Source: Antedon mediterranea (lineage: Eukaryota; Animalia; Echinodermata). From it: a stretch of 64,000 bases of DNA. Below, one piece after another: positions 14,001 to 29,100 of this stretch. How positions within the stretch are numbered: position 1 is the stretch's first letter; each line of letters opens with the position of its first letter. The stretch covers positions 21,872,795-21,936,794 of the forward strand of contig NC_092670.1 in assembly GCF_964355755.1 (NCBI RefSeq), read 5' to 3'. The notes under the pieces were generated by a model. The model made no database searches, was not told where the DNA came from, and worked only from the letters and a program-made list of their open reading frames with translations. The position numbers and the translations under genes are program-made.

Positions 14001-17000
14001 ATTATCAACATAAGAGATGTAAAGAGCATTTATCAAGGCCTTTGTTTGCTTCATGGTAACATTTTAATGTTCAGTATCAACATAATACATCATAGAACAT
14101 TATGTACATTCAGGCATTTGATTGATTTGTATTTAACATTTTAAAGAAGTTTGTTTATATCAAAATAGAATATAAAACATACTGTAAGTAAGCATTAAGA
14201 CACATACAGTAGACACATTAATATATCAACATTTTAAATCCACCAATGAGGATAGGTATCTTTGACTGGAATTTTATCAAATCTTTTTAGAAATATTAAT
14301 AAATGTTTCATGCTTAACATGTTAAAAGCTATAAAATTTTGCTAAAAATAATTTAGTGGTGTAAGCCTTTAAACAGTGGACTATCAATCATTCACTTTAT
14401 AGTTTTATTGCTTGCAGTGCATGTATAAATTACTCTGTATATGCGAATATCATGGCTTTTCAATTGCAATTCAACCTATATTGCTTGTTTTATTTTAATA
14501 GCAGGCAAATGGCTTAAGGAACACTTGTCTGACCACAACATACATGAAGTTTTTCCTTACTTATTAATTAGTTTATTCATGGAAGGGATGGACGCATATA
14601 CGCAGCACAGCATCAAATGTCTTAAGATCAAAGTACAGACTTATTATATATCAACGTAAAAGACAAGGATATGATACTATAAAGGAAGAAGTAAACTATA
14701 TTGTAAGGCATTCCAACTAAAGGTTACATTTCAATAAAGCACCCAAAGACCACTTGTTACAGTATGTAAAGATGTTTATCACTTATACTTTTATTGTTAT
14801 ACTTTAAACCTAAATTAACATATCTGTACTACTGTATTCCTTGCAGTACTTTTAGTGTTTCTTTATAAATTAAAATGTATTATAGCAAAATCACTATTAA
14901 ATCTAGAGCTTTCATAGGACAGCCTACAATGCAACTATTTAATATAAAGTATGCCATCTATTGAATAAATAAGCCCCAGGCTGTCATTATTTGCATGGTG
15001 TATAAACTAGACAGAGATTTAATCAGGTTTTTTTCAGATTTACTGATGATAGATAGCATTGATATCACACTGGCAGGTAAAGGTGTGTAAAGTCATAGTC
15101 ATTTGTTTACATACAAAGTATAGCACACAATTTGCAGAGAGTTAATTACTTAATAATCACTAAGAACCTTAGAGATAAATGAAAATGTATTTACCATATA
15201 AAATGTTCTTTACATTCCCAGGTACCTCAAATACGCTGACTAAGGAAGCTATATAAATTGATACCAACCCTCTTTTATGAACGTTTTTTTCCAGGGTTAA
15301 CTTTACACTATCTAGTTAGTAGTACACTGAAAACTTACAATTTAGAGAAATGCAGGATAGTATAGAACGAAAGAACCAACCTAATCCAAGCACAATGTAG
15401 TCAATATAGGGCATTTGTTAAATCACACTGTACTTTATTTGAAAATAGATTTTAAAATATCAGGGGCAGATCCAGGATTTAACAAAGAAAGAGAGGGGGA
15501 GGGGGGAGGGGGTGTTCTCATTTAATACCAGGTATTTGAACCACAGACACCTCATGTGGAGAAGTAGTGAATTTTGTTAAATTACTGTACACCCCTAGAT
15601 GGCCAGAAATGGTACAGTACTTTCGCACATAAAAGTCATGGTAAATTGCACCTCTACTAGTTGGCTGGAAATTACACTATTATGTGTTACACCAACAGCA
15701 CAACGGTCATACTTTTTCCACCGATATGCATGCAAAGCTGCCATGTTTTCCTCAATCTTAACAAATGGACGCTGATAGTAGTAGACTAAGACTATATTTT
15801 ATAAATCATACAAAGTATAAATCTGTAAAATCATTCAATATTATTGCAATTTTAATCTCTAAACGTATCAAACAATATACCACCTCCTCCTACATCTTGT
15901 ATCTTTTGCTAATCCATTAATCCTAAACTTTCATGCGTTAACTCTGTGACAATAGCGTGTTTGACTTCTTTCAAGTTTGTGTGTTCAGTATATCAAGCAT
16001 GATATTTTTCACCTATGATACACTATAGATGTACCCAACCGGAAAATGCCAACTCTGCGGACCTTTTTGGAACGTGGATCTTAAATCTATCTACTACTAA
16101 TATACCAAGTTATAACAATAACCTTTTTAAAAAAAATGTGGGTCAAATTGGGTTTGGATTATTTGGTTTGTTAACTCCAAAAATAACCCTAGTGACCTTC
16201 TTTTTCAGTAGGGTCATTTTGGTTGTGAACACAGTGTAGACACACATCCCTTATTTCCTTTTGAGAACACTTCAACTTGGCATAATTCTCAGGATATCTA
16301 CTTATAATTATATGTTCCATGCAAACAAAATTAATATAGTTTTAAATGTTTGCAAGTCTTAAATCAAGAATATGGCAAGAAAAGGTCAGTTACAACCAAA
16401 CTTCTACAAAATCTGCAAAGTATAGCAAAAAAAAAAACAAACTTGAAACTGAACTTTAACCTTAGTAACATACAGTTCATTATTGCCTGACCAATCATTA
16501 AATGTCAAAGAAGGATGATGTAATTAACAAGCATCCAATGACAGATAGCATATCATATAGCTCATTGAAACTAATCTAATTGACTCATCACCAATAGACA
16601 ACTTTGTATAGTGGTCTACTGTATTAATATTCAATAGACTTTTAAAGACATATAAATCAATTGATAGGTAGATCTCACATTTAAAGCAATAACTGTGGCC
16701 CTCACTATGTATAAGTATGGGTTTTAATTTAATTACATTTTTTAAATAACAGGTAAAACTTTACTGACCTGATGAAATAGACCTTGAAACAGAACTTTAA
16801 CCTTGGTGACCTATACTTCCTTATTATCTGACCAATCATCATTAAGATTAATTGATTCATCACCATTGAAATAACCAACTTACTGTACCACCCAAATTGC
16901 CTCTTTTTTTACAAAAAACTTGGAACAAATATAACTAACTAAAGGTAAAAATATAAAATTGTGATGATTATCTGATGAAATACTTGTTGTATAATTACAC

Positions 17001-20000
17001 ATTCCAAACTGTATTGTTAATTGAACAGGTCTAAATCTCAATATGAACCCTGGATTTCACTTTTAATAATAAGTTGACCTAAAATATGGCTTTTCAAGAG
17101 AGTTTTCATTGAAATATGATCTTCTACGGGTTATATGAACCTGTTATTAAAAGGGATAAAGCAATCTCAACCAAATCCAGAATACATACTGTACAATAGG
17201 CATATTGGTCACTAAAACCTTGAACGTTTTTGATGACCACTGGAGATATGAGGAATGGCATAACCTCACCAGACTAGACTGCAGCTATAAGCAGAAGTGG
17301 AATTTGCCGGAGACCCCAACATCATCATGAAAAAACTAAAACTATAAGGCGTTAATTTTCTTTTTTACAGTAATAAATAGCTCACTTTTATCTATATTTT
17401 GTTTGTATACCCTAAGCTATTTCTGTACAGTTAGTTTGTACTTGGTAGAATCATGGATGGAGTTATCAATTAATTAATACATTAACTCTATGGTACTGTA
17501 GAACAGCATATCTATTATTGCTGGCCATTATTCTGTAGACTTTGAAGTAAAAATATGACAAACCTATTGCTGTAACCAGAAATAAAAAAAATATTTCCCG
17601 TCTGCAAAAAGATTCATGATAGGCCTATCTCTTTTAACTTAGTAGTAATACAACCATCCTGAAATAACTCACAACTTTCCGTTTTTTTAATTAAAAATAA
17701 CTCCATAATAAACCAAAGTAAATGCCCTAGTTTACGAATATTATTTCTTGCTTTTTCTTCTTTTTATCTTTATTTTTTCACAATTGCAACTGTATCATAT
17801 AATGTGGTTTTTTTGTTGCAACACAGAAATAGTTCCAGACATAATAACAGGAAAAGGTGTGCTTTAGTAACCTGTTGGATAAGGATAGAGGCACTAACAT
17901 TCCTACCTGTCGCATTCAATTCAATTCATTTTTAAATACAACCAGTTAACATAATTTATTATTAAAAATGAAATTTTCCTGGCAAGGTAAACTGTAGTTA
18001 ATATTTCAAGATATTGTTGGAATACAATAACAGAATTTTATCTTTCAATATATTTAGAAATTTGTAAATTATTATTTTAAAATAAAAATAATAATTTCAA
18101 CAACAAATTTCCCTGTAAACATACATTAATCACATATCTAATAAATTTTAATAGACATTTTGTTTCCTGCTAGTGAGCCTCCTGTTATTTTCATTGAAAA
18201 TTGTGTTCATTTTTTGATTTACATTTAATCTACAAATTCTATGCAATAATATCATATTTGCAATCCATGCTTCCCATAGTTTATGGGGGTGGATTCCATC
18301 TGAAACATTGAAGGTAAACCGGCATCACCCATTTACGTCCATACAAACTTAATTATTTTATTAAAACAAATTAAAACTAAAGAACAAAATTTATGGTTAT
18401 TGGATATTACAACAAATAATAGTCAACATTTAGAAAGTAAAAAGCTAAAAATACCTTTTCCTAGGCCTACCTGAAGAGATTAGAATAAGGCGTGGATAGA
18501 GTAGCTAGTAGCTCTGACTTGCTGCATAACATCCGCACTCTGTCCTTTACACTTCCTTCCATATATTATCAGCACATGGTTCTAAGACACGCCTCCATTG
18601 ACTTATTGGACTCTACCATTTTTTCAAAAGGGGTAATTACTTTGAAATAGTGTGCAAGATATATGTTATTATAACATGGATCAATTCCATTGTTATTATT
18701 AACAAAAATTAGGAGTTATTTATTGAAATAATACTAATGAAGAATTCATTAGTAAAAACGAACAATTATATTTAATGAAAGAAACAAAAAGGAAAAAAAA
18801 AACAATTGAATTTACATTACTTCAGTAAATTACAAATAAACTTCTTTTTAAGTACAAAATAAAATGTTTTTAATTTACAGTCAATAAAAACAAATGAATG
18901 ATAACACTTGACCACTTATTAGGTTTCCATAGAAATAGCCGCAAACTTTTATAGGTTTTGAGAAGCAGCATATGGAACAAGTGTAACACTGTCTGCCAAA
19001 AAGATAATTTTATTATTTTTTTTATTCTTTCTAGGCCTCAGTCAATGTTTCCTGTAAGTGTAGGCCGTAAACGACACCTTGGGGAGTATTCTGTACACTT
19101 GTAGCCTTGTTTGGCGGCTTATACTTAATCTTTTTGTTTCCCTACTAGCTTAATATTTAAAACACTCTAAATCGGTACTACTCTAAAGTAAAACACTAAT
19201 ATTTCTAATCTAAATTTGATATTTACAGTACATAGTTTCCACTCATTAAATAATATGATAATAGATGTTCTTGTTTCAAAACTCTCATTGCTTAACTAAA
19301 GAATAGATAGGCCTTTCTTTCAAAGTTGTTTCTTGTTTATGGCATTGGTATTGGCTGTACAAATATAATTATTTTACATGCATCAATTGTAAAGAGTATA
19401 GTTTATTAGTAGTGGATGGTAATGGTACAGTGATTGTTGGCTACTTTTGCCTCAGAAACTGGATAAATTTATTTCATATTCTGTATGAGTGACAAATGAC
19501 AAATCAGTAAATATCAAGAAGTATCAAGTGACATTCCAAGGGGTACAATTTACACCTGAAGGGGACCACATCACAAATATAATACATCTGACCCAACAGG
19601 TGCCATAGGCTTGCTAAATTTGGACATAATAAAGTAATAAATTAACCAAATTAAGACCAATGGACAAAAGTTAATTTATTATGAGGAAAAAGTGTGTTTT
19701 TTCACTATATTTAATGATGGCGAACACCAGTTATTATTAATTTTAAGGAATGGATTAAAAAAAAGAAAGCAACTAGTTTTATTTCCTCAAATTTTGCAGG
19801 GAAAGTCCTACAAAAATTGTTTAATAATATAGCAAGTATAAATTCTTTTGAAATTGAACTTACGAAAATGTTCAGTTCAGGAGTTTTACTATACAATGTA
19901 CAGTAATAATAGTAAAATATAGCTATTTACAAAGACACAATAAAGTGTTTTAAATGTTGAGGTTTAGCTACTTCAAATAATCTATTAATACTTCCTACTG

Positions 20001-23000
20001 GAAACATATGGAATATTAGACAGATTATTGATTGTGGCTGACTGACACCAGTAATTAAGGAAGGGATAGAGACTGCATACCATGTTGAAAAATGTACAGT
20101 AGGCACACTTTATACAATTCAATCATCCAGTTTAATAATTGCTAATTTTTAAATAGATAGACATTTTATAGACCACAATTACTACTAGGATGGTATAGGA
20201 GAGCCTATGGGCACAGGTTAGGAGAACTGTGCATTACAGTACAATGGCTCATAAACCTACATGTGATGAACCACATACCTCCTAGAAATATGGAATACAT
20301 ACAGTTTACAAAATATGTATGTACATACATTTGATATACAGAAATACAGTAAATAATAAAACTGTAAATTCTATGAAGTGAGGAGAGATTGATGATTTAC
20401 TGCAACATACAGAGAATGCATTGAGTTATTAGAGACAAATTCTCTCAATACATTACTAAACACCCCTGGACTGGCCTAACTGACCCTTTTCCCCCAGAAA
20501 TTCTGGTGTTCTAAAAGTTTTTTAAATTTTAAGGGTAAGAGAGTTTTCCGATAGTTAGGCATTGAGAGGCTGCACATGGATAGATTACATAATAACATAG
20601 CAGTAGCACTAAAGTAGTAATAAAGTGTTTTTTGATTTACTTAGTACAAAGTGATAGTATTTTATTTAATTGGAAGATCTTACTCTATGCGCTCTCATAG
20701 TTTTATTTTACAACCTATAGAAAGTTGCATCTTACAATTAGAATACAGCATCCACTCAATATGGGTCAGCATTAGTCCGTTCAAGGTCATTAATGTATCA
20801 TGTAGGCGGTATAATGTACTAGCCCACCACATGCTATTAATATCAACACAACATCACTACAGGAAAATCACAAAGATTGAAATGACTATGCCACACATAG
20901 AGAGTATTAATTTATATCAAAAAGAAGGAATTGTAATTGTTAATATATTGTCTTGTTGGGCGATAATTGTAACTAATTGAGCACTAATTAAGCAGACATC
21001 AATACTAATGATATTATTGCACTGATAATGAGAATGGGCTTATTGAATGATCTCACTAATTGGAAGATGAAAATAAATTGATAAAATTAAGGAATTTATT
21101 AGTATTGACAATAAGAAATACTGTAGGTGTTTGATAATGATCAATACATTACTGTAGCTTGATTTTCGTTTTTCGCTGGAAAGGCCTGTCACTGCAGGCC
21201 TAGAAAATATGTTACTTGTCTCTCAATGCTAGTCCCTAAAGCCCATTGGGCTACTATAAATTGATCCAAATATTACAATTTTAAGGGTTTGTTCTGCTGC
21301 ATGGCACCGATTAAACTGTTTATTTCAAAATAGACTTAAAATGTAATTTTTATATTCACTACATTTCTGCTTAATTTTTGCTCCAAAGTAACCGTTTAAA
21401 TCAGTGGATGGTCTTTGACAAAAACTGTTTACCGAATTACTCAAAATGCAATTGGTCTTGGCGGTTAATTCAAACGTTACTGCAGTGTAGTTGACTCGAG
21501 GTTAGGAGCTGTCATGTCAATCAAATAACCTTTATTTTGTGTTGCAGTAATAAACTGGTTACTAAAAAATTTTCCTCTTTCTGCTCCCAAGAATTTGGGG
21601 TTAATTTATTTACACCGTTTTTAACCGGTTATTTTTATTCAGCAGGAACAGGACCTATCTCAAAAGTTTTTAATTTCAGTTTAATTTATTCATGTCAAAC
21701 GTACATGGCTTAAAAGTGTTCTAGTTAGCATTGCTCTGATGTGCACCATGTGTTACCGTGGCGATTACAATAGACCAAAATGAATCATGTTGGCCTTCCT
21801 ATCATTTAGTACTTTTACAAGTATGTGTGAAAATAGACTGTACTTCAGAAAATTGAAATAAACAACTTAAGTATATAAACCAATGTCAGTAATCTATTAC
21901 AAATACACTTTGATGTTTGAATAGTGTTCATTTCATTTACTATAAAAGATATACTTGATAAATACGTACCATTCTGTATTGAATCCAATGTCAATGATAA
22001 TAATAGTTATACAGAAGTACTCTGTAACTAATAATATACTGAGTAATGGAATATTTGTATAGTAGTAGTAATACAAGTGAGGTGTGTTTACTGTACTAGT
22101 GTTACCCCCAAAAACGGTGTCTATTGTTGGGAATCAGAATGAAAATAAAATGCAAATATTGCTATTAAGGTACTAATTAACAAGATGTTTATATTAAACA
22201 ATAATATAATAATAGGTAACTTTACTTACTAAAATGATGATGCAAAATAAAAGAGAATGTATAAATAATGCGGTATTTTCCTATTCTTTTATCCCCTGGC
22301 AGGCAAACAATTCCAAGTCCTTACTTGGCAAATTCCTTATACAACAGTATAAACTATATATTCAAATTGAAAACCACCAAAAAGACAATTTAAAAGGTTT
22401 GATAACAATCTTTGATAACAAACTACTTCTGGGGTCATTGAACTAATAGCCTATGTGGGCTTTTTGTATACTGTATTAAAATCCTAACTTCAATTTATTA
22501 AAGTACTTTATTTATTTGCTTCTGTGGTTTTAGGTGCTATATTGAACAGTGTGTGCAATATTGATTGCAAGGTGTAGTACTTATTATTGTGGTAAAATGT
22601 GTGAAAGAAATAGATTGGTTTGATCAGAACCATAACATAACATACTTTGCTTTACAGTTTGATAACAACAACCTTTTATGTCATGTCATTATTGCAATAC
22701 CTGATTTGAACTATGAATTGAAAAGAAATTTTCTCAAATGACAAAAAAAAAAAACCAACTAGGAAATGAACATTTTCGTGCATAGTATAATTATATATCC
22801 TTATTCAAGAACATCTCTACATTATATAATTTAGAAATGATACAGAGATGAGGAAATCTATGGAAGAAGAAAAAGCAGTACCAACTGAGATTTGAACTCT
22901 GAACTTTCAGCTTCATATTCAGATCTACTAACTTTTAGACCACTGGAGGTTTCATATTAAAATTCAGTTGGATATCAACTATTTTTCTATTTGATTTGAT

Positions 23001-24013
23001 ATTTTTGGGATGCATTAGGTTTTTATACCTGCATGTAAAGAATTCTTTACTCCATGATGTTAGTTAAACTTAGAAAATTCAAGCAGTGAATTGGCAAGTC
23101 TTAATTCAAATTGCTCGTCAATAAAGTTTTTTTTCTTTAAATGAAGCTTATATGTAGAAAAATTATGTCCACAATTAAATGGGTCAAATATAGGAAATGT
23201 AAAATAGGTCAAATATGCAAGTTCTAGCATAGTAATTATTTCAAAGAATACTAATTTACCTACGGTTGAAAGGGAATTAAAATATATGAATTTACTTCCT
23301 AGAAAAATTTTTTAAATCATTGTCATGTTTCCTATTGATTAGTAATACACAATAATTGCAGAATGTAGTTCTAGAATTCATATAAAATACATTTACCTAC
23401 CTTGATATTGTTTGAAAGACAATGAAACACCCTAAGTAGAGAAACAAATAAAACAAATAATGAAATGAAAATAAAAACACTGTAGTCTGTATTCATGGAA
23501 CTAATTCCTTCATGGTAATACTACCTACCTAGTTAGTAGGGCTATATTCATACAAAGCTTGAAAGCAGGACTGGCCTCATATCATAATTAATATAGGCTA
23601 CGTAACTACTACTAGGCCTACTATAATATTATTAGGCCTAGCCTACTAACTAAGGTAGGCCAAGGCATCTACATGAAAAGGCCAGGCTCCTGAAATAAAA
23701 ACATTTATGAATCGGTTTGTTTAGGACAAAGTTTCTACTTATTTCATGGCATTCAACAATCACGACACAAAATTCCATTTAATAATAACATTTATCAATA
23801 ACATGTGTGTAGATTCAATTTACAAATATCCCGCTAAGCCACTTAGAAACTAAGACAATCAGCTCGCAACACGAACATCTAACAGGTTCACCCTCTCCTC
23901 CTCCTCTGCATCATCTCTGCGCTCTCTCGACTCCTCTTTCTCAACAATCCTAGCCTAGCCTAGGCCCAGCCTAAATTAACTAAAATATCAAAACTTACAT
24001 CCGAAAATGCCAT
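11085..24013 (-). CDS. 5' exons of a gene with an EF-hand-like N-terminus (partial; downstream exons not located)
   Basis: Exons 24013-23999, 23431-23401 and 11240-11085 have GT/AG ends and compatible phases (0,1), giving MAFSD-GVSLSFKQYQ-VLKASFLEADEEKKGVIDVNLVPQLVRKLLG...; F-x-x-x-D-x-x-x-x-G-x-I is an EF-hand-like pattern. Confidence 0.6.
11962..12115. repeat. ~48-bp tandem repeat x3
   Basis: GCACAACATCAACATGGAGTAAGTCAGCCACTGTAGGCACGTAA occurs three times in tandem. Confidence 0.9.
22875..22950 (-). mobile_element. Degenerate tRNA-derived SINE head
   Basis: Minus strand has A-box-like AGTGGTCTAAAAGTT and B-box-like GAGTTCAAATCTC at tRNA-like spacing, without an intact cloverleaf. Confidence 0.4.
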
Positions 24014-24972
24014 ATTGAAATAGAAGATAATGAACAACACTTTCGTAACGTCCACAAAATAGTATAAATACCCCGGAACCAACTTACCAGCTAAACTTTC
24101 AATCCAAATTTTGAGTATCGTCTGACGTTCACTTACCGCACATGCTTCCCCGACGAAAAGTAAAAACACACAACGTGCTTGGATTCGTTCATTGTGAAAG
24201 CGGGGGTGGTCTTAACGTTCTAAAGTAATTGGGGGCCCCATGAGAGCCGACGTGACGCGTGCCGATGTGACAAACGCAAATATTTAGATTCATTCATACG
24301 GTAACTCACTAAAGTAGATATTTAGATAACAACTCAATAAATTGTGTAAACATTAATTGAATTATCGTAGTATGATAATAGTGATACAAATTAATGGCAT
24401 AAATCACAGGTTCTTTGTTCATTTTTTTCCAATATATATGTAAATGGTCACAATATCCAGATGGACATTCTATGTAGGCCTACTATCAAGAGAAACAAAT
24501 AAAATGCAATTACCTTATAATGTAATATTCATTTCCAGGAGAACAACATTTTTGCATTGCAAGTATAATTAATTGAGCTTCTCCATGATAATAAATAAAC
24601 TACTATATATCAGTTGGCTGCACCAATCCAGAGTGAACCCCAGATTTTATAGTGCTGTAATGGGATTTCCCCTTTTAAAATCAACCATTTATCTAAAGCT
24701 GTTCTAAATAAGGCATAAAGTAGAACAGCCCAATGTACTAAATCATGCAGAATGAAGATTTCCATTAATTAATATCTTGTCCTATTATTGATGACCTTTT
24801 TGTTCAACAATAACATCAACTTCTATCATAAACAGTACATTTGGGATTATACATTACCTTCAAACAAAGGCCACTTTAATGCTGTTGTTTATAGCATAGA
24901 ACACATTCGTGTTGTGTGATGTCGTGGTAATGGACTGTATTAATCAATCCAAAATCACTTTAAAATCTCTAA

Positions 24973-25090
24973 AGCTCTGTCTACACTACATGATGATGTC
25001 ATATCACTACCATAATTGGGCATATCACAACCATATTTGGGCACATCACACTTTTTTTTGTCAAAGTAGCTTGATAGTGTGGACAGAGCT
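24973..25090. mobile_element. MITE family A (PIF/Harbinger-like)
   Basis: TIRs AGCTCTGTCTACACTA / TAGTGTGGACAGAGCT, flanked by TAA and TTA. Confidence 0.8.
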
Positions 25091-25249
25091 TTACAGAGAA
25101 ATTCTGTGGTGTACAGATTTAATTTGAAAGAAAAACTATAGCATGAGAACTAAACAATCACCACTATTAATATTTGTTGCACTTTATTATTCTATATTAC
25201 ATACATTATTTAAATAAAACAATATTTAATATAGTACTGTACTGAATAA

Positions 25250-25647
25250 AACCTGGCACACACTAGAGCTTTCGGCTGAGCCAACTGGCACGAGTAACAA
25301 TTGGCTCACTAAAAAATTTGCCGCAAACTGTGATCGCGTTCTATCGGACGCACACTAAGCGCCTTCAGTACGCGATTTTCTGATTGGATAATTACTTGCT
25401 ACGCTATACGGCACGCGCTGAAATATTATAATAAATCAGAACATGTCATGCGCAGTGGATTTTTTTAGTGAGCTATCTGCTCACGTTCGGCGCACACTTG
25501 AGAAAATGGCACGCGTGCCAAAAAATATTAAACACGATAGATATTTTCCTCAGTGGCCGATTCCTCACGAAATCCCCGGTGCACACTGTGAGGCAAGTGT
25601 TACTCGTGCCAGTTGGCTCAGCCGGAAGCTCTAGTGTGCACCAGGCT
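25250..25647. mobile_element. MITE with ~50-bp TIRs (Harbinger-like)
   Basis: CACACTAGAGCTTTCGGCTGAGCCAACTGGCACGAGTAACA inverted at 25599-25638; flanked by TAA/TTA; CpG-rich relative to background, suggesting youth. Confidence 0.8.
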
Positions 25648-26186
25648 TTAGGTAGTGGATGTCGGCTTGCATAGTTTAAGTTTGTCATGGAATCTGATGG
25701 CTAGCTGACTAAGCAGCTAAGTTCTTGCAAGTTATAAGAATAAATATGCAAATCTGTCAGGAACCATTTCCTAAGGTACGGTACATATGTAACCTTATAT
25801 GTTGTGCTTACAAAATGCTGCTGGCACCACCAGAAAACTAGAAATTCATTGAATCTAGTTTACTGTTCACATAAACAATTTAAGTTTTTGCGCGAACATA
25901 GTACGATTTGCTTAGAATTCTCATAAAATCCTTTTGTTATATCTGAATATATCTACACTGTCCCGAAGGACCGGTGCATACCAAGCAAATTTGCTGGGTC
26001 AATTCCGCCCTCCAAAGGCCTGCTAAATCCTGATAGACAGCCATTAAAATGTGTTAAGGAATTATTAACTAGTACATGTACTGTACTATCACAGTTGTGA
26101 CACTGTCCACATACATTTACAGAATGTAAATACCTTTAATAATTACTAATACCTCTCTAAAATAGATGAATAGATAAAAAGATATA

Positions 26187-29100
26187 TCAATAACCATCAT
26201 CATCATCATCACATGTTGATTCAGTTTCCCCAATATCATCAACGATCATTGTTGGAAATTGCTCTCCACGATGGCACAGCAACCCATAAGTTAAACGATA
26301 ACACTGAACGAATCTTGGATCATTCTTATCCATCTCTGATAATAATGGCAAAAACTCTGCTGCAAGCAACTACAATGAATAACAATATTACATGTATGTT
26401 GCTTGTTGAAACAGTATAACTATTGTAATGAGAGATTTTAAATAACACCAGTACAAAAGTATACTACATTACTATATGTATCAAGGCAAAGTTGGGCAAT
26501 GAAGTATGTATGCCTACTTCTGTTGGGATCAGATTCATCAAACCAGGGAAGAGTGTAATCTTACTCTTCCCTGATCAAACCTGTTTAGCAAAATGAAATC
26601 ATCTTAACTCTGTTTTAAAACGATGGTTTGTTAGTTTTCAAAATAATTTAAGCTAGTATTTTTTTCCTTAAATATGAAATTCCAAAAGAAAAATAAACTG
26701 GTTTGATAAATAAAGCCTCATTTTTGTACTTAACCACTTAGCTATCATTGTACTTAAGAAAAGGGATTGATAACTGCCCAGATATTTGAGAATTTAGAAA
26801 TATATAATATTGAGACAGAACATAGGAATTGGTAATAGAAATAATTATATATACCTTTTGTGTCTGTTCTTCCACTTCAAGAATCTGTAACTCTAGTTGT
26901 AAACCAACTAGCCTTTGCAATTCATTCAACTTGCTATACTCTATTCTTACAGGTAAAATACTTTGTGGGTAAATATCATCTAAAACATCTGCAAATGTAA
27001 CGTGGTAAAGACTAGTTAATTGAAAATGTGAAATTAGCCATAGAACTGTCTAAAATGAGCTAAGATAGCCCTGTCTCAGACTTAAGTTTTAAAGATGTAT
27101 TGTCCCCCAAAAACATGAAAAATGGAGATTAATTAAATCAGACTTAGAATATGTTATTTTGTAGTTTTAATAAAGTTAATCACTTCTATAGAAAAATAAT
27201 GGTTTCACCTATAAATTGACAAAATAAATAGTTAAATTCAACCAAAACCCCACTGGCTGGCAGCCAATTTGGCCATTTTTTGCTTTAAATTACAGTTGTT
27301 TCAGGTAAATACATTTTTTTTCGATCCAATTTTTGGTCAAAGTGGATAATTATTATGTTACATTAAAATGGCATATTCAACCAAAATTTTGTTAAGAATT
27401 ATTTTTTCAGGGGGACAATACATCTTTAAGCCTATTCAAAGTTACATTTATTACTTAGGCACAAAACAATTTCACAAGCATCTACAGTAGAACACTAGAC
27501 TAATAAGGAGATACCTTCAAGACTAAAGAGTCCTATTAATAGGTTGTAACCTGAATAACGGTTATGGTATTATAACATTATTATATTCACCTTTTTTATT
27601 TTCCAGGGAGAGTGTCCCCTTAATAGGGTGTACCCTCCCTTAATAGGGTGTACCCTCCCTTAATAGGGTGTACCCTCCCTTAATAGGGTGTACCCTCCCT
27701 TAATAGAGTGTACAGATACAGATACAGATACAGATACAGATAACTTTTATTGTCCAAATAAACTGGAAATTGCATTTGCTCACTTATCACATAAAAATAT
27801 CGTATAAAAATATCGTATAAAAATAAAGTATAAAATGTAGAATAACAATATAAAAATACACAATGATTAAAAAAGTACATCATAAAATTACAGCTCAAAA
27901 ATATTTAAGTTAAAAATACAGATCATTACAAAACGGTTTAAAAAGTGTCTTATATTTCATTATTAATTATTATATTATATTATTTATTATTGTTATCAAA
28001 ATTATTGTAGTTACCTCTTAAAGTCATCGTTAAATTTTTTAATCCCAGCTGGGAGAAACGAATTTGAGTATCGACCCGTCCGCGCCAACACCGGCCTCAG
28101 TCTACCACTTCTACCAATGTGGCAGCGAAGAAGATCCGAATGAAGGGGGTGGCTTTCCTCCTCCATGACCGCCTGTAAACCATTTTTCAATCGTTCTCCG
28201 TAGTGACAATCGTAGACTGAGTCCGCTGTCAGCGCCGACGAGCCAATCACTCTTAATGCCCTTTCTAACACTTTACATATGCGGCCCTTATCTCCTTTGT
28301 TTATGTTCCCACCCCAGCCTAATAGGCAATAATCCCAGATTGAAAAAATAACAGATGAATAAAACATAGTAAGTATCTCTTCCCTTACCCTAAAAACGTT
28401 CATTTTCCTCAAACAGTACAGTCTAGTATTTAATTTTTTAATTAGTTGATCTACATGCTCTCCCCATGATAAATTATTGTCATACGTTACCCCAAGATAC
28501 TTATATGTTTTAACGATTTCTCCCTCATGTCCTTTAATCTGGACAGGCTCAATTTCCCTTCTTTTTTTACGGCGGAAATCTATTCGCATTTCTTTGGTTT
28601 TTGCTACATTAAGTTCCAGGAAATTTTCATCACAGTATTTCGTAAACCTAACTATTTCAGATTTGAAATTTGTATCGTCATCCTCTTTTATTAAACCTAT
28701 CATAGCAGAATCATCTGCAAATTTAATTACTGGACAGTCCGGGAATCTAGGTTGGAAATCTGACGTATACAATGTGAACAAAAACGGTGCAAGTACAGTA
28801 CCTTGTGGTGCTCCCGTATTTGTCCGAATAATGTCCGATCTGACATTTTGATTTAGCCTAACAAACTGGAGACGTCCAACGAGGAAGTTAAAAACGAACG
28901 AAATTAGTAAATTGGGGATATTCATGCCGAACAACTTATTAATTAAAATGTGTGGTACCCTCCCTTAATAGGGTGTACCCTCCCTTAATAGGGTGTACCC
29001 TCCCTTCATAGGGTGTACCCTCCCTTAATAGGGTGTACCCTCCCTTAATAGGGTGTACCCTCCCTTCATAGGGTGTACCCTCCCTTAATAGGGTGTACCC

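Noticed and set aside
16444-16870. Diverged direct repeats ~340 bp apart (similar case at 12520-13110)
   Set aside because: Old local duplications with no termini, ORF or structure to interpret.
18471-18562. Possible alternative first exon on minus strand (MEGSVKDRVRML...)
   Set aside because: Ends in phase 2, incompatible with the phase-1 exon at 11240; no other support.
25443-25688. Three overlapping short ORFs
   Set aside because: All lie within a GC-richer MITE; no recognisable protein.
28477-28851. 124-aa plus-strand ORF
   Set aside because: Antisense shadow of the LINE RT frame.
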